54,504 nucleotides of DNA from an uncultured bacterium (GTDB taxonomy: Bacteria; Pseudomonadota; Gammaproteobacteria; Ga0077536): NCBI GenBank assembly GCA_964012875.1, contig CAXGUU010000001.1, forward strand, positions 1 through 54,504, written 5' to 3'. This document shows, piece after piece, positions 44,908 through 53,755 of this stretch; positions within the stretch are counted from its first letter, which is position 1; every line of letters starts with the position of its first letter. Under the pieces are notes generated by a model that was not told the DNA's origin, searched no databases, and saw nothing but the letters and a program-made list of their open reading frames with translations. The translations under genes and the position numbers were made by a program.

Positions 44908-46804
44908 TGCTGTCCTCCTGGAAATGCTCGGCAATGGTCGGCGCCTCAATGTAGCGGTCGCCATCCCGCATATTGCGCTCGACCCAGGTACCCGAGGCCG
45001 GTTTGACCGGATCGATCATCGGCAGGTCATCGCGATGCAGCTCTGCACGGTGTGCCGCGGTTGCTTCGACGTCGAGCGTGCGTTCAAAGTCATCGTTCAG
45101 TACCACGCCAAAAACATCGCGACAGGATTCTTCGCTGATCAGGCCGTCGCGCAGGCTTTGACGCACCTCTTCGGCGTCGCGCTTCAGGGGGTCGCCCCAA
45201 CCACCGCCGCCGGACGAATAGGCCGTCCAGGATTCGCCTTCGCGCACTAGCGCCTGGCCGGCGACGGACACATAGGTGCGTGCTCCATTTTCGTGTTCGA
45301 TGTAAATCCCTCCGCCCGGACTCATGCGACCACCGTTTACACCGTGTGGCGGATTGCGCGAGCCTTCGCCAAAGCCCACCGCTTCCATGTCACCGGCAAT
45401 CGGGCGATAACGCGTGCGCGTACCCGCGCCGCCGACCCATTGTCCGGCGCCCATAGAGTCGGTTTCGATTTCATTGAAATCAATGCGCAGCGGATAGAGC
45501 AGTTCGACTTCTTCGGTCGACGCCGAAGTCAGACCGCCCATGCCGGCGATGGTCCCGATCATGGGCCAGCCATCGGCATCCTTGGCAGCGCCGCCGCCAC
45601 CCATACCATTAAACAACATGCAGCCCCATTCCTTACCGTTGCGGCCGTCGATACCGTTGAAGTTCGGCATATGTCCGGCATGGCATGAGCCGGCGGGAAC
45701 ACGCTCAGGCACTGCATTTGCCATCGTGATATTGATGACATCGTGCATGGGATCGGCCGGGTTTGTAGTGGCACCGCCGACAGCGGCAGGGTATTCGGCC
45801 TTGCATATTGTATTGGGCTCGGCGTCCGCAGTAATGTGTTGAAGTACCCCATGGTTGTGGGGGATGTCGGGATCGATGTAGTAGAGAAACGGAATGGTGG
45901 CGGTCGCCATTCTTACCGCGTGCGTGGCGTTGAATGAACCGGTGGATGGTGGCCCGCCATCGTACTGGACCTGGATCTCTGCGCCCTTTTTTGTCACCGT
46001 CGCCCGAATCGGCACATCGGTTGCACCGTTGCCGTCGGTGTCGGTCCAGGTTTCGCCGTGGTAAACACCGTCCGGGATACGGCTGAATTCTTCCCTTGCA
46101 CGATGGTCAGCGTACTCCATCAGGCCATCGCTGTAGCGAACGACTTCGTCTCGGCCGTATTGCTCGCACAGCTCCACCAGGCCGTTGCGAGCGACGCCGC
46201 ATGCGCCGAGCTGCGCGCGCAGGTCGCCGTGCAGGGCGTCGCGGTAACGCACATTGGCCAGATAGAGTGCGACGATGTCGTGGCGCTCTACGCCGCGGTC
46301 AACCAGTTTGGTTGGCGGTATGACAATGCCTTCCTGAAAGATTGAACGCGCCGCCGGCACTATGCTTGACGCTTCGCCGGCGCCGCAATCGAGCTGGTGG
46401 CCACGGGCGACGGTCCAGAATACGTGCCTGCCCTCGACAAAGACCGGCATGGCAGTGACGAGATCAGGTATGTGGGTGTTGCCCCGGTAGGGATCGTTGG
46501 CAATGAAGACATCGCCTTCGTGAATATCACCTTCGAATACGCCGACGATTTCGACCAGCAATTCGCGAATGCTGTTGCAGTGAATAGGCAGGCATTCCGC
46601 CATGGTTACCTGGCGCGGCCCGCTCTCGTGTGCATCGTAGATCATGCACGAGTAATCACGCGCCAGTGCGATGACCGAAGTCCAGGCCGTTTGCTCCATT
46701 GCCAGGGTCATTTCCTGACCAATGGCTTCAAAGCGGTTACGAATCACGCTGAAAGTAATGGGATCGAAGTCCTTGATGGATTCGTCCTGCATGACAGTCG
46801 CCAT
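44900..46804 (-). CDS. Hydantoinase B/oxoprolinase B-type subunit (HyuB family)
   Basis: Trimmed to ATG 46804, with GGGGAG upstream. DPITFSVIRNRFEAIGQEM is the typical HyuB N-terminus. Confidence 0.9.
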   Translation of the reverse strand: MATVMQDESIKDFDPITFSVIRNRFEAIGQEMTLAMEQTAWTSVIALARDYSCMIYDAHESGPRQVTMAECLPIHCNSIRELLVEIVGVFEGDIHEGDVFIANDPYRGNTHIPDLVTAMPVFVEGRHVFWTVARGHQLDCGAGEASSIVPAARSIFQEGIVIPPTKLVDRGVERHDIVALYLANVRYRDALHGDLRAQLGACGVARNGLVELCEQYGRDEVVRYSDGLMEYADHRAREEFSRIPDGVYHGETWTDTDGNGATDVPIRATVTKKGAEIQVQYDGGPPSTGSFNATHAVRMATATIPFLYYIDPDIPHNHGVLQHITADAEPNTICKAEYPAAVGGATTNPADPMHDVINITMANAVPERVPAGSCHAGHMPNFNGIDGRNGKEWGCMLFNGMGGGGAAKDADGWPMIGTIAGMGGLTSASTEEVELLYPLRIDFNEIETDSMGAGQWVGGAGTRTRYRPIAGDMEAVGFGEGSRNPPHGVNGGRMSPGGGIYIEHENGARTYVSVAGQALVREGESWTAYSSGGGGWGDPLKRDAEEVRQSLRDGLISEESCRDVFGVVLNDDFERTLDVEATAAHRAELHRDDLPMIDPVKPASGTWVERNMRDGDRYIEAPTIAEHFQEDSNG

Positions 46805-46960
46805 GGTGATGCTCCCCTGAAAAGACTGAGGGGGCATTCTCTGCCTGATATGGTTTTTAGGTCAAACCGGCGAAAAAAGCGCAATTTCAAGTCCAGGCCG
46901 GTTGCACCGCCCGCTAGGGCATAGCATTCTTTAACTAGTTTGCAGAGGGAAGATGGGCTT

Positions 46961-47935
46961 ATGACTGTGGCTGCCGGTTTACGCACGCTTAAGGTTGGAC
47001 TATTGCTGCCGCAGGCAGACGGTATGCGCGGTCCGGGGGTGCGCGGCTGGCGGCAGGTCGCGGAAATGGCCCAGGTCGCCGAGGACGTGGGCTTCGATTC
47101 TCTGTGGTTGGTCGACCACCTGCTGTACAAGCTCGAAGGCGAGAACACCGCGCGCGGCTACTGGGAGGTCTGGTCCCTGCTCTCAGCCATTGCCGCCGTC
47201 ACTTCCCGGGTTGAACTCGGTACACTGGTGCTCGCAATGGGCTGGCGCAACCCGGCCTTGCTCGCAAAGATGGCGGACACGGTCGAAGAAATCAGCGGCG
47301 GGCGTCTGATCCTGGGTTTGGGTTCGGGTTACCACCGCTTCGAATACGACGCGTTCGGGTTCCCATTCGATTACAAGGTCAGTCGTTTCGAAGAAGCCAT
47401 TCAGATTCTCCACGGCTTGTTGCGCAACGGTGCCGTCGATTTTGAGGGTAAGTACCACGTCGCGCGTGAATGTGAACTCCTGCCGCGTGGCCCGCGGCCG
47501 CAGGGCCCCCCGATTCTGATGGGCACGGTGCAGCCGCGCATGATGGCCTGCATGGCCAGGTATGCAGATCTGTGGAACGCCTACTACGACGATACCCACA
47601 ACAAGGTCGAGGGCATCAAACGCCTGCGTCCCGTGGTGGACGAGGCCTGTGAAAAGGAAGGGCGCGACCCCGCCACACTAGAACGGACGGTCACAGTGCT
47701 GGTCGCAGATGACACGGCCGATCCGTGGTGGGACAAACTCCCAACTAACAACTGGGTCGAACAAGGACCGTTGAAACCGCTGATGGGCGAGCCCCAGGTC
47801 ATCGCCGAAGCGATACTCGAATACGAACGCGAAGGTGTCTCGCATTTACAGGTGTGTCTGGAACCAACCGACACTAAATCCATCGAGACGTTCGGCGCGG
47901 TACTCGAAGCCATTAACAGGGCGAGTACAATTTGA
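46961..47935 (+). CDS. LLM-class flavin/F420-dependent oxidoreductase
   Basis: Trimmed to ATG 46961, with AGAGGGAAG upstream. FDSLWLVDHL...SGGRLILGLGSGY. Confidence 0.85.
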   Translation: MTVAAGLRTLKVGLLLPQADGMRGPGVRGWRQVAEMAQVAEDVGFDSLWLVDHLLYKLEGENTARGYWEVWSLLSAIAAVTSRVELGTLVLAMGWRNPALLAKMADTVEEISGGRLILGLGSGYHRFEYDAFGFPFDYKVSRFEEAIQILHGLLRNGAVDFEGKYHVARECELLPRGPRPQGPPILMGTVQPRMMACMARYADLWNAYYDDTHNKVEGIKRLRPVVDEACEKEGRDPATLERTVTVLVADDTADPWWDKLPTNNWVEQGPLKPLMGEPQVIAEAILEYEREGVSHLQVCLEPTDTKSIETFGAVLEAINRASTI

Positions 47936-47960
47936 GGAAGCCGACACTGGAATTATTCAG

Positions 47961-48254
47961 GTGACATCAGGCGAAGTCGAAAAATTCGCCGGTGACCTGC
48001 CGGGTCTTCGATACGCAGCCGGACCGGTGACCCAGGACTGGCAGTTTCTCGGTCGCGCAGTGTTTGACAGGATTGCGGCGGATTCACGGCGAATCGCGGG
48101 CACCCAGTCTGCTTTTGAAGGTTGTCGACTGGCGGTGGAGGGCGACGAATCGTTGGGTCTCCAGGTCTTATCTCAGGTCCCTGAGTTCAAATTGCGCAAC
48201 ATCGCCCCGTGGTTGAGTTTGATTGCACGCGCGGTCTGGAATGCCCGACGCTAA
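47961..48254 (+). CDS. Possible hypothetical protein (97 aa, GTG start)
   Basis: Tail of track ORF 47835..48254, which lies in an otherwise empty 450-bp convergent gap. GC3 is moderately high. No SD and no recognisable family. Confidence 0.25.
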   Translation: MTSGEVEKFAGDLPGLRYAAGPVTQDWQFLGRAVFDRIAADSRRIAGTQSAFEGCRLAVEGDESLGLQVLSQVPEFKLRNIAPWLSLIARAVWNARR

Positions 48255-48385
48255 ACGTGTGCGCCCGAGCCATCCGACCAGGACGCGCCGACAGCGATAC
48301 AGATGGCGATTGATTGCTAAGGACGGGTGATAAAAGCGGTCGAGGGATTAAATCTTGTACCCATCGACACGCACTAAATTATTTA

Positions 48386-49807
48386 TTAGCCGGACTTGAA
48401 CGGCGACACCCCGGCCGGTGCAAAACGCATTGCTAATTTGGCGTAACCTGAAGGTTCACGGCCTTCATCGTCGGCACGATCTTTAGCCGCGAGTGCACTG
48501 CGAATCAATTTCGATCCGACCATGCGAAAGGGTTCCGGTGGGAAGTCACGCTCGGCCGGCCGCACCAGGCCGCATTCCGACCATTCGTCCTGTTTCTCCA
48601 ACGCCATTGCGCCGAGGATGCGTCCGGCCAGGTGGCAGGGGCCGATACCATTGCCGGAAAATCCGGCCGCGTAAACCACATTCTCACGATCGTCGAGGCG
48701 CCAGAAGCGCGGGATGCCGGCCTTGGAGCGATCGATGGGGCCGCGCCAGCTTTTGTGAATGCCGGCGCTGGCGAGTGTCGGAAAGGTTTTGTGCATGGCT
48801 TGCATCAGCGAGGCTTCGTGTTCGGAGGCGCCTTCCACTTCCTTTCCGATGCGACCGCCAAAGGAAAACGTGCCCGCCATGCCACCCTTACCGAACGCGA
48901 GTCGGCGGTCGCGCGTGGTGCGGTAGTACTCAACCAGCGTGCGGCCGTCGGAAACAGTGAGGCCATCTTTGTACCCCAGCGCATCCAACGCTTCCGGTAT
49001 CGGCGGCGTCACCACCATGTCACTGGTGACAACGACAATCGACTTGCGGATCTCCGCCCAGCGTGACGCCCAGGCATTCATCGCGAGTACCACGCGGTCA
49101 GCCTTGATGCGTCCGCGCGGCGTCCGGATAAGCGCCGGCGCACCGTGCTCCAGATTTTCCAGTGGCGTGTGTTCATAAATCTCGACGCCGCGCTCCAGCG
49201 CTACCCGTCTGAGGCCGCGCGCCAGCAGCGCCGGTTGCACGCGCGCCGAGTGACGTTCAAATGCACCACCGATATGCGCGGCCGTGCCGCTGCGTGCTGC
49301 CGCAATGTCCGCCTGCCAGGGTTCGATCGGGCAGAGGCCGTGCTTGCCGATGGCTTCGATGGTTTCGTTCCATAGGCCCAGTTGAGCCTGGTTTCCCGCC
49401 GCCCATAACCAACCGTCGTACTGGATGTCGGCGTCAATCTCGTGGGATTTGCAAAAGGCCATGACGTCGCTGACGGAATCATCCGAAGCCTGGGCGATGC
49501 GTAAGGCTTCGTCGTCGCCGCAGACTTTCTGAATCGAGGTGTACTTCGCCCACAAGGACAAGAGAAACCCGGCATTGCGGCCACTCGCGCCCGAGCCGCA
49601 CACGTCCTTTTCGATCAGAACGACTCTGATCGATGGCTCAAAGGCCTTGATATCCAGCGCCGTCCACAACCCCGTATAGCCGCCACCGACGATGCAGACG
49701 TCAGCCGCGATGTCGCCCGCCAGTGGTAACGCTGATTCGACACCGGCGGCGCTGTCCGCTGCCAGTGCTTCGTCAAGCCAGAAACTTCGGCCGCTGTGCT
49801 GGTTCAT
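48386..49807 (-). CDS. FAD-dependent (DAO-family) oxidoreductase
   Basis: Trimmed to ATG 49807. DVCIVGGGYTGLWTA dinucleotide fold, about 470 aa. Confidence 0.85.
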   Translation of the reverse strand: MNQHSGRSFWLDEALAADSAAGVESALPLAGDIAADVCIVGGGYTGLWTALDIKAFEPSIRVVLIEKDVCGSGASGRNAGFLLSLWAKYTSIQKVCGDDEALRIAQASDDSVSDVMAFCKSHEIDADIQYDGWLWAAGNQAQLGLWNETIEAIGKHGLCPIEPWQADIAAARSGTAAHIGGAFERHSARVQPALLARGLRRVALERGVEIYEHTPLENLEHGAPALIRTPRGRIKADRVVLAMNAWASRWAEIRKSIVVVTSDMVVTPPIPEALDALGYKDGLTVSDGRTLVEYYRTTRDRRLAFGKGGMAGTFSFGGRIGKEVEGASEHEASLMQAMHKTFPTLASAGIHKSWRGPIDRSKAGIPRFWRLDDRENVVYAAGFSGNGIGPCHLAGRILGAMALEKQDEWSECGLVRPAERDFPPEPFRMVGSKLIRSALAAKDRADDEGREPSGYAKLAMRFAPAGVSPFKSG

Positions 49808-49890
49808 GTCGATTTCCAATCCCGCCCGGATGTGATTGAGTGTAGTCTCTGCTGACCCCAACGCAAAGCGAGCGAAATTTAAAATCGGTA

Positions 49891-50508
49891 ATGACCACAT
49901 CGAATGACAAACTGACGTTGCGGCCAATGACGGTGGCCGACATTGACCAGGTACCCATGCAGTGCCATGGCCAGTCTGATGCGGTGAGCGAGCGGATCAG
50001 AACATTAGGCAGCACAGCAATCCTGGTCTTTGACGGCGAGCAGCACGTCGCCCAACTGCAGTTTCGCCGCTATGACGCAGCCCTCAGATCCCCCGATGGC
50101 ATCTGGGATCCGCTCTACTGGGGTGACTTTGGTGAAACCGCTCCTGATTTACCGCCAAACAGCCTCTCAGTGTTCTGCTACCACGTCGGCCAGGTCGACA
50201 ACACCGAAGCGCGCGACCCCAACTACCAGGGGCGCGGGATCGGGCTCGCGATGCTTGATTTCTTTCTCGACTGGGCGGACGCCGCGGGTTTTGAAACCAT
50301 TGCCGCGAAGTTCACGCCGAGCCCGCGCCCGGTAATGGGCTTCATGGGCGGACAACCTGCCGAGGCCTATGAGGCGCGCGGATTCAAGGTGGTCAACAGC
50401 TGGGTCGATCAGCAGTTGTACGACGTGCTCCGAGAAAAAGAACTGGTCGCGCGGGACGCGGAAGCAGATGACGTGGCGCGGGTCGGCTGCTGCGTGAAAA
50501 CGATCTAG
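49891..50508 (+). CDS. GNAT-family acetyltransferase-like protein
   Basis: QGRGIGLAML acetyl-CoA-binding-type motif. The rest is weakly diagnostic. Confidence 0.5.
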   Translation: MTTSNDKLTLRPMTVADIDQVPMQCHGQSDAVSERIRTLGSTAILVFDGEQHVAQLQFRRYDAALRSPDGIWDPLYWGDFGETAPDLPPNSLSVFCYHVGQVDNTEARDPNYQGRGIGLAMLDFFLDWADAAGFETIAAKFTPSPRPVMGFMGGQPAEAYEARGFKVVNSWVDQQLYDVLREKELVARDAEADDVARVGCCVKTI

Positions 50509-50957
50509 CGGTCGTCAACAGACGCCACGAGCATATTGATGAGAGCCAGGGTCGCGTGTGCGGCGAGCAGCAGCAACAGCCCCATCGCGAGTCGATCATG
50601 CAATGAAACCGCAGTCTGTTCCGTTGCCAGCCAGCCGCTTACACAAGTAGCGATGACGATGACATACAGGGCCCGGTGCACAGTGACGACCAGGCGCTCA
50701 TGCCCTTTGCTCAAACGCCATCCCAGGACGGGATTGGCGGACCGCAGTCGCCACGTGAGTCGGACCAGAATCAATCCCAGCAACGACCACCCCATAATGT
50801 TGTGGGTGGCGATTACGACATCGCGTTCATAGACTTTCGGGGGCACGTCGAGGCCGCTTATGCCAATATAGATAGCGATCACAAGCGCGACGCCAGTCCA
50901 GTGCAGGATGCGCCCCACCCAGCCGAATCCGGATTCACTGTTACGCCATTGGATCAT
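50505..50957 (-). CDS. Cytochrome b561 (CybB-type) membrane protein
   Basis: Trimmed to ATG 50957. Four TM helices with His in RILHWTG, ATHNIMGW and TVHRALY. Confidence 0.75.
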   Translation of the reverse strand: MIQWRNSESGFGWVGRILHWTGVALVIAIYIGISGLDVPPKVYERDVVIATHNIMGWSLLGLILVRLTWRLRSANPVLGWRLSKGHERLVVTVHRALYVIVIATCVSGWLATEQTAVSLHDRLAMGLLLLLAAHATLALINMLVASVDDR

Positions 50958-50988
50958 GGGCAGCGCACAAGCATGTGAGCCGGTCGGT

Positions 50989-51912
50989 TCAGGCCCCGAG
51001 CAGGGAAGGGACTGTTGCAATCGATTCGCGCAGCGCGCCCTGGCTCACGCCCTCTACGCGCAGGCGGGTGACCACCAGGTGCGTCGGGTTCAGGGCCTCA
51101 GCGTATTGCGCCAGCTTGTCTTCAACGTAAGCCGGTTCGCCGATGATAGTCCAGGCGTCGATATCTTTTGAGGTCTCAAGGCCGCGGGGCAGCTTGGTCG
51201 TGCGCAAATTCTCACGCAAGACGGCCAGCGTGTCCTTGTCCTTACTGACAAACACGGTGCGCATAAATGGCCGCGTGTTCATCGGCGCGTGTCCGGCCTC
51301 GCTGACTGCGGCGTCGTAGCGCCCGTAGTTTTTAACCAAGTCATCAAAAGTCTCAATGGGTGAGGCGAGGTAGGGCAGGCCGAGTCGTCCGGCCTGCGCT
51401 AACGCCTTCGGCCCGAAGGCCGCAACCCAGATCGGCGGGTGCGGTTGCTGTATCGGGCGCGGTTCCACCTGTACCGCCGACGAGCCGTCCTCATGCAGGG
51501 ACACGGCTTCGCCCGACCAGGCCTTCAACATGAGTTCGAGACTCCATTCAAACAATTCACGCTTGGTTTTCGGATTGATGTCAAAAGCGTGCAGGGTCTC
51601 TTTCGAATATCCGCGGCCAACACCAAGCAGCACGCGGCCCTGCGAGAGGCGATCGAGTACGGCAACCTGTTCGGCGGCGAGCAGGGGATTGCGCAGCGGC
51701 AGGAGGTAGGACGTGGTCGCCAGCTTCATCGCATCCGTACCTGCTGCAACAGCGGCGAGTTGGGTCAGCGGATCCGGGATGGCCTGGGGGTTGAAATGAT
51801 TCTCCGGCAACCAGAACGATCGGTAACCAAGCTTTTCAGCGAATGCCGCCTGCTCGGTGAGCGATCGAGCGCTGAGTTCGTCGAAGTCGAACGGTGTCAG
51901 GCCCAGTTCCAT
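50989..51912 (-). CDS. LLM-class flavin-dependent oxidoreductase
   Basis: 307 aa. YRSFWLPENH...QGRVLLGVGRGY. Confidence 0.85.
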   Translation of the reverse strand: MELGLTPFDFDELSARSLTEQAAFAEKLGYRSFWLPENHFNPQAIPDPLTQLAAVAAGTDAMKLATTSYLLPLRNPLLAAEQVAVLDRLSQGRVLLGVGRGYSKETLHAFDINPKTKRELFEWSLELMLKAWSGEAVSLHEDGSSAVQVEPRPIQQPHPPIWVAAFGPKALAQAGRLGLPYLASPIETFDDLVKNYGRYDAAVSEAGHAPMNTRPFMRTVFVSKDKDTLAVLRENLRTTKLPRGLETSKDIDAWTIIGEPAYVEDKLAQYAEALNPTHLVVTRLRVEGVSQGALRESIATVPSLLGA

Positions 51913-51913
51913 T

Positions 51914-52786
51914 TCAGTCGCTTTCCAGGCGCATCAGCGCTTCCTGAGAAAATGTGGCAACGAGTTTGCCGTCGCTGCTCCACACGCGACCATGCGCAAG
52001 GCCGCGGCTTTCCTCCGCGACCCCCGGCCACTGTTCGACAAAATGCCAGTTGTTCAAATCGAAGGCGCGGTGGTACCACATGGCGTGATCGAGGCTCACA
52101 AACATCGTGCCGGGCGTTCCCCAGGTCACGCCGAACGGCACCAGCAACGAATCTGACAGTGACTCGTCGCTTTGGTAGGCGAGCACGGCGCGCTGCAAGG
52201 CATCGTCATCGCGCGGCAGGCCAGCCGCTCGAATCCAATGTCGTATGCCTCCATCAGCCGAGGGGCCGGCCGGACACCACGGTGCGTTCAGGGGCCGCAG
52301 TTCCACCCCGCGCTCGGCTAAAGCCCATTCGGCGGCGAAGGGCAGCGGATCGAGGGTCTGCATCAGTTCGCGATAGTCGGGCAGGGCATCTGGCCTCGGC
52401 AGGTCTGCGAAGTCGGCCGGCGGCGCCGGTTCGATGCTGGACCCGGTCGCGGTCACGTTGAATGAAGCCATCAGAGTCAGGATCACTTTGCCGTGTTGAA
52501 AGCAATTGACCTGCCGCGCTGAAAAGCTGCGCCCGTCCCTGACGCGTTCGACTTGATATTCGAAAGGTTGGCCGGGTTCACCGCCGCGCAGGAAATAAGC
52601 GTGCATCGAGTGGATCGGACGGCCGTCGTCAATCGTCAGCTGTGCGGCAGCCGTCGCCTGGCCGAGCAGATGGCCGCCGTAAGTCCCTTCGGCGCCATCG
52701 TTGGTCGAACCGACGCCGCGCCAGCGGTCCTCGCCCGCAGGTTCCAGACTGAGCAATTCGATTAGTTGGGTAAGCGCGGAACTCAT
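51914..52786 (-). CDS. tesB: Acyl-CoA thioesterase II
   Basis: Trimmed to ATG 52786. LLSLEPAGEDRWRG...GGHLLGQA...HSMHAYFLRGG...VRDGRSFS matches the TesB double hot-dog pattern. Confidence 0.85.
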   Translation of the reverse strand: MSSALTQLIELLSLEPAGEDRWRGVGSTNDGAEGTYGGHLLGQATAAAQLTIDDGRPIHSMHAYFLRGGEPGQPFEYQVERVRDGRSFSARQVNCFQHGKVILTLMASFNVTATGSSIEPAPPADFADLPRPDALPDYRELMQTLDPLPFAAEWALAERGVELRPLNAPWCPAGPSADGGIRHWIRAAGLPRDDDALQRAVLAYQSDESLSDSLLVPFGVTWGTPGTMFVSLDHAMWYHRAFDLNNWHFVEQWPGVAEESRGLAHGRVWSSDGKLVATFSQEALMRLESD

Positions 52787-52793
52787 GTGGGTC

Positions 52794-53627
52794 TCAATCC
52801 TCGGGAATTTGATCGGCGACTTCAGCGAGTTTGTCGAGATGTTGCTGGTTGCCGAGATCACCGCCCAGCGTCCTCAGGCACAGATGCGTCAATCCGGTTG
52901 CGCGCCAGTTGCGCACACGATCTTTCCATTCAGCTTCGCGCGGGCCGACGACTGCAACACCCGCTTCCGTACCAATTTCGCTTGGATCACGTCCGGCCTC
53001 GCGTGCAGCTTCAGCGATTGCGCCCGATAACGCAGGGAATTGCTCTGGCGTTGCCAGCACGAACCAGCCGTCGGAAAGTTGTGCAATGCGATTGATGACC
53101 GACTGTACGGGTTCTGCCCGGGCACCGATCCAAATCGGAATCGGGCGCTGAACGGGCAGCGGGTTGATGCCGACGTTCTGTAATTCGTGGAAGCGACCAA
53201 TAAAAGTGACCTGTGCTTCGCACCAGAGCCGTTTAAGCACCTGGATCTGCTCGTCGCAGTTGCGGCCACGAGTTCGGAAGTCGGCGCCCATGGCCTGGTA
53301 CTCCGTTTCGTTGATACCGACGCCGACGCCGAGTCGCAGCCGTCCGCCGCTCAATCGATCAAGCTCGGCGGTCTGCTTCGCAACCAGTGCGGTCTGACGC
53401 AGGGGCAGGATAATGCACGACGGCACCAGCTCAATTTTCGATGTCACAGCGGCTATGTACGACAGCAAGGTCAACGGCTCGCGCAGGTGGCCGCTGTCCG
53501 GCCGGATGACCTGGTCGGGAATACGCAGATGGGTAAAGCCAAGAGATTCTGCGAGTTGTGCGAAGGCGACGATCGATTCCAGATCATCCGCCATTTCCCG
53601 AACCGGGAGAGAGACGCCGATTTTCAA
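52794..53627 (-). CDS. LLM-class flavin/F420-dependent oxidoreductase
   Basis: 277 aa. FTHLRIPDQV...SGGRLRLGVGVG. TTG is the first possible start, because TAA closes the frame 45 nt upstream. Confidence 0.8.
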   Translation of the reverse strand: MKIGVSLPVREMADDLESIVAFAQLAESLGFTHLRIPDQVIRPDSGHLREPLTLLSYIAAVTSKIELVPSCIILPLRQTALVAKQTAELDRLSGGRLRLGVGVGINETEYQAMGADFRTRGRNCDEQIQVLKRLWCEAQVTFIGRFHELQNVGINPLPVQRPIPIWIGARAEPVQSVINRIAQLSDGWFVLATPEQFPALSGAIAEAAREAGRDPSEIGTEAGVAVVGPREAEWKDRVRNWRATGLTHLCLRTLGGDLGNQQHLDKLAEVADQIPED

Positions 53628-53657
53628 AACGTGTTTTCCGTGTTGGCCATTTTGCGC

Positions 53658-53673
53658 ACAGTATATTTAATTC
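53658..53673 (-). promoter_or_regulatory. Conserved 16-nt element (reads GAATTAAATATACTGT on the - strand), 30 nt upstream of the LLM TTG start
   Basis: Perfect inverted repeat of 53720..53735. Same consensus as the 23.7-kb pair. Confidence 0.6.
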
Positions 53674-53719
53674 GCAGATTGACCGGAGTGCGAGACGGCC
53701 GGTGCAGGCGTGTCGATGT

Positions 53720-53735
53720 GAATTAAATATACTGT
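53720..53735 (+). promoter_or_regulatory. Conserved 16-nt element GAATTAAATATACTGT, 20 nt upstream of ATG 53756
   Basis: Followed by CCCCGAA, as is the copy at 23731. Confidence 0.6.
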
Positions 53736-53755
53736 CCCCGAACTAACGCGCGCCT

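Noticed and set aside
50505-50508. 4-nt convergent overlap of the GNAT and cytochrome b561 genes as a regulatory feature
   Set aside because: Short 3'-end overlaps of convergent genes are common in compact genomes, and nothing else is unusual here.
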